NCBI RefSeq assembly: GCF_001194135.2
Contig: NC_068995.1
Location: forward strand, 818,764 to 863,551
Source: Octopus bimaculoides
Lineage: Eukaryota
Reading direction: 5' to 3'
DNA length: 44,788 nucleotides
Shown here piece by piece: positions 25,799-37,993 of the stretch. The notes under the pieces are model-generated. The model searched no databases and was not told where the DNA came from. It was given only the letters and a program-made list of their open reading frames with translations. The position numbers and the translations under genes were made by a program. The stretch's first letter is position 1, and every line of letters begins with the position of its first letter.

Positions 25799-26582
25799 CA
25801 ATGTCTAATAATGTCATTCAAAGACAGAACGAAGGCGCCTCCTCTTGTTAAGTGCTACACAATGGGTGACTGTTGAAACATGTTGATGTAAACACGGAGA
25901 TATTTGTTGTCGATGATCTTTTTGGGTGGCAACTGACGCGAAAATGGGTCATACTCAAGCCAAAAGTGCCGCCATACAATGAGAACAAGAGAAAACGCTA
26001 GAACAGTTCCTATCAAAGTGGACGGTACCTGGGGTTGGGGGAGGCGGTGGTAAATACTATGGGGGTACTGAAGACAAAACAGGGTGGGGCGTGCCAGGAG
26101 CTGTAGATGCATCCGTTCATTGGTTTCTAAACTTTGTCGTATATTCAAACATTAACTTTAAAAACAAAAATTATTCTGAATGTAATATTATGGTGTACTG
26201 CTTGTTAGTCACAATCACAGCAATAAAAACAAACACAGTAACAGTAACAACATCACCAATTGCATTCGACTTCGAAATGTAAATAAATAAATAAACAAAA
26301 TCGAAACTATGCCATTTTCGCTCGTATTTGTGGGTGCAGCGGTTAATAGTCACCCGCGCCGAACTTGAACCCGGAACTAAGCAATTAGGGTATGTTACAT
26401 GAATGTACATTAAAAATAGAGAAAGAAGCGTTGACTTAAAACAAGGGGGCGTCGCACTGCAGCAAAGGGGTGGTGGAGGAAAAGAGTTGTAAAAGTTGAG
26501 AAAAGAGGCAAGAGGTTTTGTTTTTAAGTTTTGAGAAGCAAAGCGTTAGAGGAATTACAATTAGCCTGGTATCCAACAATAT

Positions 26583-26693
26583 TGGTTTCAAATTTTAGCA
26601 CAAGGACAGCAATTCCGGGGAGGGGGTAAGATCGATTATATCGACCCCAGTACACAATTAGTATTTATTCTATCGATCCCAAAGAATAAAAGG
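26583..26693 (-). mobile_element. SINE family A 3' half, interrupted by the family D tail
   Basis: TTTAGCACAAGGACAGCAATT..TCGACCCCAGTACACAA..TATCGATCCCAAAGAATAAAAGG, after which homology switches to the family D tail. Confidence 0.75.
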
Positions 26694-26786
26694 TATATCA
26701 GCCGAAACGTTGTGTTAACAACAAAATGAGGACAAATATCCGTCAAATGTAAATAATGTACATAATTCCTCATCTCTTAAATATAG
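26692..26786 (+). mobile_element. 5'-truncated second copy of the family D tail (half hammerhead)
   Basis: GGTATATCAGCCGAAACGTTGTGTTAACAA..ATGAGGACAAATATCCGTCAA.TGTAAATAATGTACATAATT.CTCATCTCTTAAATATAGA is near-identical to 25699-25798. Confidence 0.85.
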
Positions 26787-27393
26787 AACAGTATTTTCGA
26801 TAGCCAAGGCTTGACCAGTGTCCCGGTGCTTTGTGAGTGAATTTGGCACAATTTTGAAAAAGAAAATGGAGATTGGGAAGTTAATAATCGATAGTGACTG
26901 ATCCGAGCGTCGCTCTTTAGTTCCCTTTCGGGTGGATAGGGTCTCTTGAAGAGGGTGGACCGCTGTGCCAATTTAATTGAGAACATCTCACCATCTCAAT
27001 TCAGCGCTCTACTTAACAATAGTCAGGGCTTTTGTACTTGTACTGGAACAGTTGACTTCGAAGCAACTACGCAAATAACGACGACAACAGCAACAACAAC
27101 AATAACAATAATCCTTTCTACTAAATAATAATAATAATAATAAGTGCAAAACATTCACAGAGTTGAATTAGTTTGTGTATAGTAAGGAAGAAGATAAGTC
27201 GGGTGTTTCCGGCATGAGCCGTCAGCGCTGAAGAGCCCTGCCGGAAACGTCAGATTTCCCTTCCTTTTTAGTTCATACAAACTTATTCCCCTTTATACTT
27301 ATAGTAAAGGGAGAGAGAGAGAGAAAAAAACACCGAATACGCTAAGCTGGAGAATCACGCTGTCAAATTTGCAGTTGTGATTGTTGTTGTTGT

Positions 27394-27403
<10 letters not shown>

Positions 27404-27458
<55 letters not shown>
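27404..27458. repeat. (GAT)n microsatellite
   Basis: Direct reading. Confidence 0.98.
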
Positions 27459-28178
27459 TCTAGACCATGGTCAGTCTTGGTCCAAGAGACCTAGCGTTAA
27501 AGGATATTCAGCCTTTTTCTTACAAATTTTATTCAGATGTCATTTATGCATATTGTTGTTGTTATTTATCGTTTGTCAGAGGAGGAAGCCTGAAAGAGGT
27601 GGGCTTCTGCTAGAGGCCCGCGAGACTTCAAGTCACATAGAGCCGAATCAAGNNNNNNNNNNNNNNNNNNNNNNNNNNNNNNNNNNNNNNNNNNNNNNNN
27701 NNNNNNNNNNNNNNNNNNNNNNNNNNNNNNNNNNNNNNNNNNNNNNNNNNNNNNNNNNNNNNNNNNNNNNNNNNNNNTATATATATACGAAAAAATATTA
27801 TTTTCCTGTATGTCGATTTTTTTTTTTTTTAACGCAGAATGCGATTTGAGACAAATTTGGTTATTTTTTCTTTTAAGTAGTTAGAGCGAGCACGTGTGTG
27901 GGGGCGGGGCAGTTGACCGAAAAGTTGATGTATCCCGGATGCCTTGGCTCTCAACAGCCAATTGAGGAATTTTGTTTTCCATGGGTTCGTATCTCGTTTA
28001 CAGCCGCAATGTGACAACACTTGATCAAGACAATTAAGTACTTTACATGCCTCAAGTATCTTATTTACTGAACTGACAATGGCATACTTGACAGACTAAT
28101 ATGGCGGCCAGAAACAGAGCAAGCGAATATCTTTAGTAGCGAAAGGTCGAGAAGTCACATTTACACCACTCTATTTTA

Positions 28179-28180
<2 letters not shown>

Positions 28181-28266
<86 letters not shown>

Positions 28267-28275
28267 CATCTATCT
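28181..28275. repeat. Compound (ATCT)n/(GTCT)n tetranucleotide microsatellite
   Basis: Direct reading. Confidence 0.97.
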
Positions 28276-28328
28276 GACTCACTTGGTGCCTCAACTTAAG
28301 TACTTAATTCAACTAAATCTCAATTATA

Positions 28329-28359
<31 letters not shown>

Positions 28360-28362
28360 ATG

Positions 28363-28402
<40 letters not shown>

Positions 28403-28540
28403 CGACGGGTATAGTTCCAGGCTTTGGTCGGGCCGAGGAGATAGTAGAAGACACATGCTCAAGATGCCACGCAGTGGGACTGAACCCGGAATCATGTGGT
28501 TGGTAAGCAAGCTTCTTACCGCACAGAAACTCCTGCGCCT
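28403..28540 (-). mobile_element. SINE family B, well-preserved copy with internal deletion
   Basis: Minus strand begins GGCGCAGGAGTTTCTGTGCGGTAAGAAGCTTGCTTACCAACCACATGATTCCGGGTTCAGTCCCACTGCGTGGCATCTTGAGCATGTGTCTT (tRNA-like head with B box, then CORE-like segment). Confidence 0.88.
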
Positions 28541-28599
28541 ATATCATATATATATATTATATATAGCATATATTATATACACACATATATACACATACA

Positions 28600-28641
<42 letters not shown>

Positions 28642-29378
28642 TATACATATATACACATATATNNNNNNNNNNNNNNNNNNNNNNNNNNNNNNNNNNNNNN
28701 NNNNNNNNNNNNNNNNNNNNNNNNNNNNNNNNNNNNNNNNNNNNNNNNNNNNNNNNNNNNNNNNNNNNNNNNNNNNNNNNNNNNNNNNNNNNNNNNNNNN
28801 NNNNNNNNNNNNNNNNNNNNNNNNNNNNNNNNNNNNNNNNNNNNNNNNNNNNNNNNNNNNNNNNNNNNNNNNNNNNNNNNNNNNNNNNNNNNNNNNNNNN
28901 NNNNNNNNNNNNNNNNNNNNNNNNNNNNNNNNNNNNNNNNNNNNNNNNNNNNNNNNNNNNNNNNNNNNNNNNNNNNNNNNNNNNNNNNNNNNNNNNNNNN
29001 NNNNNNNNNNNNNNNNNNNNNNNNNNNNNNNNNNNNNNNNNNNNNNNNNNNNNNNNNNNNNNNNNNNNNNNNNNNNNNNNNNNNNNNNNNNNNNNNNNNN
29101 NNNNNNNNNNNNNNNNNNNNNNNNNNNNNNNNNNNNNNNNNNNNNNNNNNNNNNNNNNNNNNNNNNNNNNNNNNNNNNNNNNNNNNNNNNNNNNNNNNNN
29201 NNNNNNNNNNNNNNNNNNNNNNNNNNNNNNNNNNNNNNNNNNNNNNNNNNNNNNNNNNNNNNNNNNNNNNNNNNNNNNNNNNNNNNNNNNNNATATATAT
29301 ATATTTACATAGACATATATATACTTTTTTTACATAAATATATGTACGCACACATATGCAAATACACACACACACATG

Positions 29379-29428
<50 letters not shown>

Positions 29429-29995
29429 CATACATACATATTCTCATGCACATACGACTTTTAAAATCTTGAGCATATTACTTCCGCTTATTCCTTTTGG
29501 CCACACACGGTGTCTGCATCATTCCACGGCGTTAACTCACTTAACAACTCGACTATCTTACAAGGATTTATCTCTCACCATCTTCTCCCCACCACCACCT
29601 CAAGCCATCTCTCCCCCTCTCTCCTGTCTTTTTGCATTTCTCCTTTTCATCATCTTTTTCAGCTCTCTCTCTCTCACTTTTTTCTCGTTCTCTCCAACCC
29701 TCTTCTCGACTCTAGGGGCCATTTTATTTTATTTAAAACCGACATACCACACATTAATAATGTTGCTTTCAGTTAAAGACCAACTTTACCAAATGGACAT
29801 TTATGGAGTACAAAAGAAGTTCTTTAAACGGTGTAAAGACCGGCGAAGTATTCTAGTGGGGAAACACAATGTACATGGAACCAAATGTTCCTCATCTCCC
29901 CAGATATTACATAGACATATAGAGAAATAGATATACATACACATGTGTGTGTACGTGTGTATATATACACATACATATATATATACACACACATA

Positions 29996-30039
<44 letters not shown>

Positions 30040-30849
30040 CATATNNNNNNNNNNNNNNNNNNNNNNNNNNNNNNNNNNNNNNNNNNNNNNNNNNNNNNNN
30101 NNNNNNNNNNNNNNNNNNNNNNNNNNNNNNNNNNNNNNNNNNNNNNNNNNNNNNNNNNNNNNNNNNNNNNNNNNNNNNNNNNNNNNNNNNNNNNNNNNNN
30201 NNNNNNNNNNNNNNNNNNNNNNNNNNNNNNNNNNNNNNNNNNNNNNNNNNNNNNNNNNNNNNNNNNNNNNNNNNNNNNNNNNNNNNNNNNNNNNNNNNNN
30301 NNNNNNNNNNNNNNNNNNNNNNNNNNNNNNNNNNNNNNNNNNNNNNNNNNNNNNNNNNNNNNNNNNNNNNNNNNNNNNNNNNNNNNNNNNNNNNNNNNNN
30401 NNNNNNNNNNNNNNNNNNNNNNNNNNNNNNNNNNNNNNNNNNNNNNNNNNNNNNNNNNNNNNNNNNNNNNNNNNNNNNNNNNNNNNNNNNNNNNNNNNNN
30501 NNNNNNNNNNNNNNNNNNNNNNNNNNNNNNNNNNNNNNNNNNNNNNNNNNNNNNNNNNNNNNNNNNNNNNNNNNNNNNNNNNNNNNNNNNNNNNNNNNNN
30601 NNNNNNNNNNNNNNNNNNNNNNNNNNNNNNNNNNNNNNNNNNNNNNNNNNNNNNNNNNNNNNNNNNNNNNNNNNNNNNNNNNNNNNNNNNNNNNNNNNNN
30701 NNNNNNNNNNNNNNNNNNNNNNNNNNNNNNNNNNNNATATATATATATATATATATATACAGGTATAGATCGGAAGAGAATGAGAGGAAAAGAGACATTG
30801 AAAGTGAGTGAGTGGTAAGGAGCGTAAGATAAAGAGGGGAACGGAAACC

Positions 30850-31000
30850 TGTCCGGTAACGGTTTCGATCCACTGCGCTCTGCTCCCATCCATCTCGTCG
30901 ACTACTCCATTCGTCTGGACATATTGCTCGTTCAGTTTGAATATCCACGAGTGATTAAATTCTGAATCTAAAGCCTTAAAATCCACGAAGCCAATCATAT
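30850..31000 (-). mobile_element. Decayed non-LTR retrotransposon RT fragment
   Basis: Translates IGFVDFKALDSEFNHSWIFKLNEQY, resembling the RT motif F[IV]D[FY]xKAFDSVxHxW[IL]xxxL. Short and degenerate. Confidence 0.5.
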
Positions 31001-31530
31001 CACTCGCTTCCGTCAGTCACAGGTGTTCCCTTGTAACAACGAGTGATACTTGACCCCGAGGGATCGAGGCACGAGAGCCTCACTTGACGTTCAATGACCA
31101 GGAACAAAGTACTTTCACTCTGTTCACCTCACGTATACAGTAAAAGTATTATTTAGGATTTCAGTTTCATTTTTTTTTAATGCTAATATTCATATTAAAG
31201 ATGGCGATCGGTTGTAAAATTTGGTGGAGCATCCGAACTGAGTTTCATTGAGAATTCAGATGCCGTCGAATATGGGAAATCATTGGAATTCATTCAATTA
31301 TTATCGATCCCCGATTTTACGAAGACTCATCATTTCATTTCTGGTTTACCTGTGCTTGTTGTACAAGTCCATCTGTCCACAGTGACTAATTCTAGGTTGG
31401 ATGGGGTGCTCTTGTAGCTGAGAGGTTAGTATTGGATAATTTGTACTCTAGCGGAGTTGGACCTCAGAACGTACACAGCCAGAAAAAAAAATACCACAGA
31501 ACATCTCATCTGACGTCCTACCAATTCTCC

Positions 31531-31587
<57 letters not shown>

Positions 31588-31612
31588 TATTATTATTATT
31601 ATTATTATTTAG

Positions 31613-31835
31613 AAAAGCAGCGAGCCGATAGAATCGTTAGCACGCCCGGCCAAATGCTTCGCGGCACTTCGTCTGTCTTCGTGTTCTGAGTTCAAATTCC
31701 GCCGAGGTCGACTTTGCTTTTTATCCTTTCGGAGTCGATGAAATAAGTACCAGTTGCGTACTGGGGTCGATGTAATCAACTAGTCCCCCCACCTCCCACA
31801 AGATTTCAGGCCTTATACCTATAGTAGAAAGTATT
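31613..31835 (+). mobile_element. SINE family A, near full-length reference copy
   Basis: tRNA-like head (GCAGCGAGCCGATAGAATCGTTAGCACGCC), B box GAGTTCAAATTCC, core GAGGTCGACTTTGC..AAGTACCAGTTGCGTACTGGGGTCGATGTAATC, tail TTTCAGGCCTTATACCTATAGTAGAAAG; preceded by a long (TAT)n run. Confidence 0.9.
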
Positions 31836-31847
31836 ATTATTTAAAAA

Positions 31848-31898
31848 GTGTGAAGCTGGCAGAATGGTTAGCACTCCGGACAAAATGCTTAGCGGTAC
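31848..31898 (+). mobile_element. SINE family A head fragment
   Basis: GAAGCTGGCAGAATGGTTAGCACTCCGGACAAAATGCTTAGCGGTA. Confidence 0.75.
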
Positions 31899-31923
31899 GC
31901 CCGCGCGCGCGCGTTTGTGTGTG

Positions 31924-32095
31924 TGAAGGCGCATGGCCTAGTGGTTAGGGTGTTGCGCTCATGATCCAGTGATCGAGTGTTCGATTCCCGGACCGAGAGG
32001 CACATTGTGTTCTTGAGCAAAACACTTCATTCCACGTTGCTCCGATCCACCTTGCTGCGAATGGGTAACCCTGCTACAGACTAGCTTTCTGATCA
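31924..32095 (+). mobile_element. SINE family C
   Basis: GGCGCATGGCCTAGTGGTTAGGGTGTTG (A box) ..GTTCGATTCCCGG (B box) ..GTGTTCTTGAGCAAAACACTTCATTCCACGTTGCTCC; homologous to 417-622. Confidence 0.85.
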
Positions 32096-32206
32096 GTGGT
32101 AATATTGCCCTGCTAGCCTAACCAGTGGGGTGCCATCATTCGAAAGGTGGTCGATCACTTGATCACGTGATATGTACGCGTATGTGTATACATACATATG
32201 CTTAAG

Positions 32207-32251
<45 letters not shown>

Positions 32252-32529
32252 GCACATATATATATATGCATATGTAATATATATGTATATATTCATATAT
32301 ATGCACATGTAATACATATATGTATGTGTGCGCACACACACACATACATATGTGTATATATAAAGACACATATAACCTGAGGTAGTTCAACAACCACAAC
32401 AAGAACAATGATACCATCATTACCACAGTCACATTCCTCTGGATGTATCAACTGAAATCATCACAGAACAAAAAATAATAACAATAATAAACTAAAAATT
32501 AAAGAAATATCTCTATTACCACCACCACC

Positions 32530-32560
<31 letters not shown>

Positions 32561-33550
32561 CTACCGCCGCCGCTATTACAAGCACAAACTTCTCAATTAC
32601 CTGTTTGACACTGGAGTAATTTAGAAGACCACAAGACAAAGAGTGTAAAGAGAATTTGAGGTATTTAATTGGAGACGTTGCCGATGGAATGGCAGTAATT
32701 TCAGCAATCAGCTGTGCCAATGTTTTNNNNNNNNNNNNNNNNNNNNNNNNNNNNNNNNNNNNNNNNNNNNNNNNNNNNNNNNNNNNNNNNNNNNNNNNNN
32801 NNNNNNNNNNNNNNNNNNNNNNNNNNNNNNNNNNNNNNNNNNNNNNNNNNNNNNNNNNNNNNNNNNNNNNNNNNNNNNNNNNNNNNNNNNNNNNNNNNNN
32901 NNNNNNNNNNNNNNNNNNNNNNNNNNNNNNNNNNNNNNNNNNNNNNNNNNNNNNNNNNNNNNNNNNNNNNNNNNNNNNNNNNNNNNNNNNNNNNNNNNNN
33001 NNNNNNNNNNNNNNNNNNNNNNNNNNNNNNNNNNNNNNNNNNNNNNNNNNNNNNNNNNNNNNNNNNNNNNNNNNNNNNNNNNNNNNNNNNNNNNNNNNNN
33101 NNNNNNNNNNNNNNNNNNNNNNNNNNNNNNNNNNNNNNNNNNNNNNNNNNNNNNNNNNNNNNNNNNNNNNNNNNNNNNNNNNNNNNNNNNNNNNNNNNNN
33201 NNNNNNNNNNNNNNNNNNNNNNNNNNNNNNNNNNNNNNNNNNNNNNNNNNNNNNNNNNNNNNNNNNNNNNNNNNNNNNNNNNNNNNNNNNNNNNNNNNNN
33301 NNNNNNNNNNNNNNNNNNNNNNNNNNNNNNNNNNNNNNNNNNNNNNNNNNNNNNNNNNNNNNNNNNNNNNNNNNNNNNNNNNNNNNNNNNNNNNNNNNNN
33401 NNNNNNNNNNNNNNNNNNNNNNNNNNNNNNNNNNNNNNNNNNNNNNNNNNNNNNNNNNNNNNNNNNNNNNNNNNNNNNNNNNNNNNNNNNNNNNNNNNNN
33501 NNNNNNNNNNNNNNNNNNNNNNNNNNNNNNNNNNNNNNNNNNNNNNNNNN

Positions 33551-33606
<56 letters not shown>

Positions 33607-35063
33607 TTGTGTATTATAAATGTGTCAGCGCGTTTGTCTCCCTGTATGTGGACATATATCCATGTATATGCATACACACACATAGCATATAAACATACAT
33701 ACTTTGATGTGCGCACCTATGTGCACGCACACACACACATACAGACATACACACACATACACACTCACACACACACACATGCATACACATAGAGAGAGAA
33801 AAGAAGTTATGTGATTAGCGGAAAATTATGAAAACCGGGTTGACATCTGAGAGTTAATATCCGGCTGAAGCTGTCTTAGTTTGATGAATATATATCTTGG
33901 GGTGGGGAGGTGTCCTATGTATGTAGGGATGAGGCATATATATACTTATGTACATAAGTACCCATATAATTTTATATATGTGGTATATATACATATGTAT
34001 ATATACTTGTATATAAGTATATATGTGTGTGTGTGTTTGTGTGTGCGCGCGTGCGCGCGTGTGTGACAAATAAAATTGCATTTATATATTTGCAAGATAG
34101 ATGATTACATATGTATATAATCATTAATATATTTATATACACACATATATACACACATACACACATACACACATACATATATGCATGCATGTTTCAATAC
34201 TTGTAACATAGCGGCTAAAATGTTCGTTTGGCAGTCATTTTGGACAAATATCATTTTACCCCCGACATCGGTCACCCATGTCTGAGCTTTAGTCTTAAAG
34301 CTTTTGCTTTCGATCTAAAGATTATTTAATTAATCCAGTTAGTGTATGCTGAGGATTTGAAAAAGATGACGTTTCAGATTATTTCCCTTCATCATATTGT
34401 CGATTTTAAGTAAAGGAAAACAGGAGTGAAGAAGGAGTACGCAGTTCAAATTAGCTTCGCAAATTTTGCATATTTCTCAAAATTCGATTTTAATTAAAAA
34501 ACTGAAGTATTTCTATAGTTTACAACTGATTTATGACGTATATATTCTTTACCTTTCAAATATATTTGATCTGTATTTAAATAAATTGCTTCTCTATTTA
34601 AATATACAGAAAGTACCTGAGAATTCCATAGAACGAGTATTATAACCGAATATTTCCATTTCAAGACAACGTGTATCTATTTTGCTTCGAGATAATCGTA
34701 AAAATTGGCAAAGAGCGCTTCGTTAACCATTGCAATTGTAAAAATCAACGAGTAATTAAATAGTTGTTAATGAGAAATGATTAACGACTATTTTTAGTTA
34801 AACTGTCTTTGTACAACCTCTGAGTATTTATTTCCAGATCTTTCCAATTTATAATTAATGAGTAATTTCCAAAGCTTGCAGGAATGAAACTGACAGGCGT
34901 TGGACTGGTGCACAATGATATGAGGTGTCATGCCCCAGCCTTGCTCTATTTTCAATACCCCAGGGAGGGGATTTTTGACAGGTAATAAGTAGCTATTGCG
35001 TCTGACCTCGAGGAATGGATTTCATTAGCGAACCTGGTTATCGCCTTCTTACACTAGACGTCA

Positions 35064-35127
<64 letters not shown>

Positions 35128-36409
35128 NNNNNNNNNNNNNNNNNNNNNNNNNNNNNNNNNNNNNNNNNNNNNNNNNNNNNNNNNNNNNNNNNNNNNNNNN
35201 NNNNNNNNNNNNNNNNNNNNNNNNNNNNNNNNNNNNNNNNNNNNNNNNNNNNNNNNNNNNNNNNNNNNNNNNNNNNNNNNNNNNNNNNNNNNNNNNNNNN
35301 NNNNNNNNNNNNNNNNNNNNNNNNNNNNNNNNNNNNNNNNNNNNNNNNNNNNNNNNNNNNNNNNNNNNNNNNNNNNNNNNNNNNNNNNNNNNNNNNNNNN
35401 NNNNNNNNNNNNNNNNNNNNNNNNNNNNNNNNNNNNNNNNNNNNNNNNNNNNNNNNNNNNNNNNNNNNNNNNNNNNNNNNNNNNNNNNNNNNNNNNNNNN
35501 NNNNNNNNNNNNNNNNNNNNNNNNNNNNNNNNNNNNNNNNNNNNNNNNNNNNNNNNNNNNNNNNNNNNNNNNNNNNNNNNNGTGGTGGTGGTGGTGGTGG
35601 TGGTGCTGATGACGTGGATGTGGTATTGATGGAGTGCTAATAACGGTCATATTCAACAATGACGATGAAATTAGCGACATGGATGGTGGCAACGGTGGTA
35701 GTGGTAGCGATGGCAGCACAGTGGTGATGCTGGGGATGGTAGTGGTGGGGGTGGAGGTGAGTTGTGATAGTGATGACAGTGACAGTGTTGGCGGTGGTGG
35801 AGACGGGAGATGTCAAATCCAATGATCCCGCCATTTGTCGGTCGGATGGAAAAGAAGTCAATGAAACGAGAGAAAAGTCGGCCATGTTTGAGGAAAACAC
35901 CACTTCCTCCTAAACACACTTTCTCACATACATATGCACGCGCGCATTCTTATGTACACACCTTCTACTACTACTACTACTACTACTACCACTACTACTA
36001 CCACTACTACTACTACTGCTACTACTACTACCACTACAACTACTACTACAACTACTACTACTACTACTACTACTTACTCCTCTCACTGACAAACACGCGT
36101 AGATAACTCTCTCTCTCTTTCCCCCCTCTCTCTCTCTCACACACACACACTCCCACACAAGTACCTCAACACCACTGCGAGATTGGAAACCTTCAATTTG
36201 CAAGTTCAAGTGTGTGCGTGTGCGCATGCGCTGTAACGTGTGTGTTTGACTTTGGACTCGAGTTCGTCCCTAACACAACCGTTCACAAACGGTGTTGGTC
36301 TTTCTTGTTTTTTTTTTTGTTGTTTTTATTGCTTCTCTGTAATTTGCGGTTCGACAAGAGAGAGAGAGAGAGACTAATAAAATGAAAACCAAGCTTGATA
36401 TAAATAAAT

Positions 36410-36670
36410 ATTGGAGTCGATGCTTCGACTAAACCCTTGAAGGCGATCTTCCAGCTGAGCCGCAATCCAATGACGGAAGCAATTAAAAGATTTTAAAAAA
36501 GATAAAGTAAAAATTATTTTCTACTCTAAGTACAAGGCCAGAAATTTTGGAGGCGGGGATCAGTCAATTAGATCGACCCCAGTACGCAACTGGTACTTAA
36601 TTTCTCGACCCCGAAAGGCGCCGCTAAACACTTCTTCCGGCGTGCTAATGTTTCTGCCAGCTCGCCACCT
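36410..36670. mobile_element. SINE family A tail (+) followed by an internally deleted family A copy (-)
   Basis: GGAGTCGAT..GAAGGCGATCTTCCAGC..CCGCAATCCAATGAC, then GATCGACCCCAGTACGCAACTGGTACTTAATTTCTCGACCCCGAAAGG joined directly to CGGCGTGCTAATGTTTCTGCCAGCTCGCC. Confidence 0.8.
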
Positions 36671-36796
36671 GAGTAAATATTGAAATATTAGAATATCATT
36701 ATATTATAATATATATATATTTAGAATATCATTGAAAAATATCATCATATATATTATGATATAATAAGATATCATATAATATATATGATAAATGAA

Positions 36797-36950
36797 AAGC
36801 GGCGGCGAATTGGGTGGGGCGTGGCAGCGTTGCTTAGGTTGTCTTGCGTTACTCGTCCCAGTTCTCTGGACTTAAAGATCAAATACAGCTGAGGACAAGT
36901 TTGCCTCTCATCCTTCCAGGATCGATAAATGAAGTACCAGATCCGTACAC
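36797..36950 (+). mobile_element. SINE family A, highly diverged
   Basis: GCGGCGGCGAATTGG head and GGATCGATAAATGAAGTACCAG core. Confidence 0.5.
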
Positions 36951-37951
36951 TAATTGATTTTCAACAACTGTCACTTTTTTCCACTCTCTTCCCTCTCCCG
37001 GATTTTTCTCTCTCTCACTCATTCCACCTCTCCCTTTGGGAGAAACGAGTTTCGCTCATCCTTGAAGAAGGGCTGGGATCCGTCGGGTCCGACTTTAGCC
37101 AAGAGACGCCAAACGAGACATGTCGTCGTTTATCACGACGGCAACGCAACGACTTCATCAAGAGTTGAGGGACCGAAGACAAAGTGTTCCAAGGAACCGA
37201 AACCGTCATGCTCAGAAGCCCACCTGCACTGAAACCATTCACACAGCTTATAACGCAAAAGTGCGTCCATGTAATCAGTCACTCGGCCAGCTAGAAACAG
37301 CAGCTAAATGCCTCAAATTACACTTTGGCCTCTGAAAAAGAAAAGAAATTGTATTATGTAGTTCTATAAATACAGTTTCTGTAGAAAAAAATCTGTCACG
37401 GATGGAACGCCGTTGATTCGAGGTCTTGTCCGTTGTTTCTATTAGAACTGACCTGCAACAACTATAGCCAACGGGAAGTCTATATAAAGGGACATAGGAC
37501 CTGCTAAAAATCGCAGCCAACTGCCTCAAACCACAGCCTGCCATTTTTCAAAGACATGTGGAATGTTATATTGGTTTTCCTGGCCTAGGGTTAAATAACA
37601 ACAGCAGATCATCAAATACAACATCAACAACAACAGTACCACTATCCCTGCCTCCAACAGCAATACTAACTAATCATACAACAACCACCACCACCATCAT
37701 CATCACTACCACTAAAACAACCACTACACTCTCAACACCACTACTACCACTACTGCAGCCATCACCACCACTATACCCCCCCCCGCCACTCCCACCACTT
37801 AACAGTCTCGCGTTGTGGCTATTAAAGGGTTCAGCCGTAACGAAGCTATAAGAGCTTCTTAACAGCACACATCTGGCTTCACAATTCTGGTGCGTTGACA
37901 GTAGATTGTGTGTGCTTGCCTGTAAATGTATGTGTGTGTGTGTGTGTTTGC

Positions 37952-37993
<42 letters not shown>

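Noticed and set aside
25979-26282. Possible Tc1-like or Gly/Trp-rich coding stretch (TVPIKVDGTWGW..)
   Set aside because: Frames break within about 25 codons and the motif match is too weak to call.
27228-27251. CTGAAGA..GAAACGTC as a hammerhead ribozyme
   Set aside because: Neither stem I nor stem II can pair; kept only as a hairpin finding.
34870-35060. Possible plus-strand exon between two TGACAG sites (GVGLVHNDMRCHAPALLYFQYPREGIFD)
   Set aside because: The acceptor lacks a pyrimidine tract and no homology is recognised; may be a non-coding element but this is unsupported.
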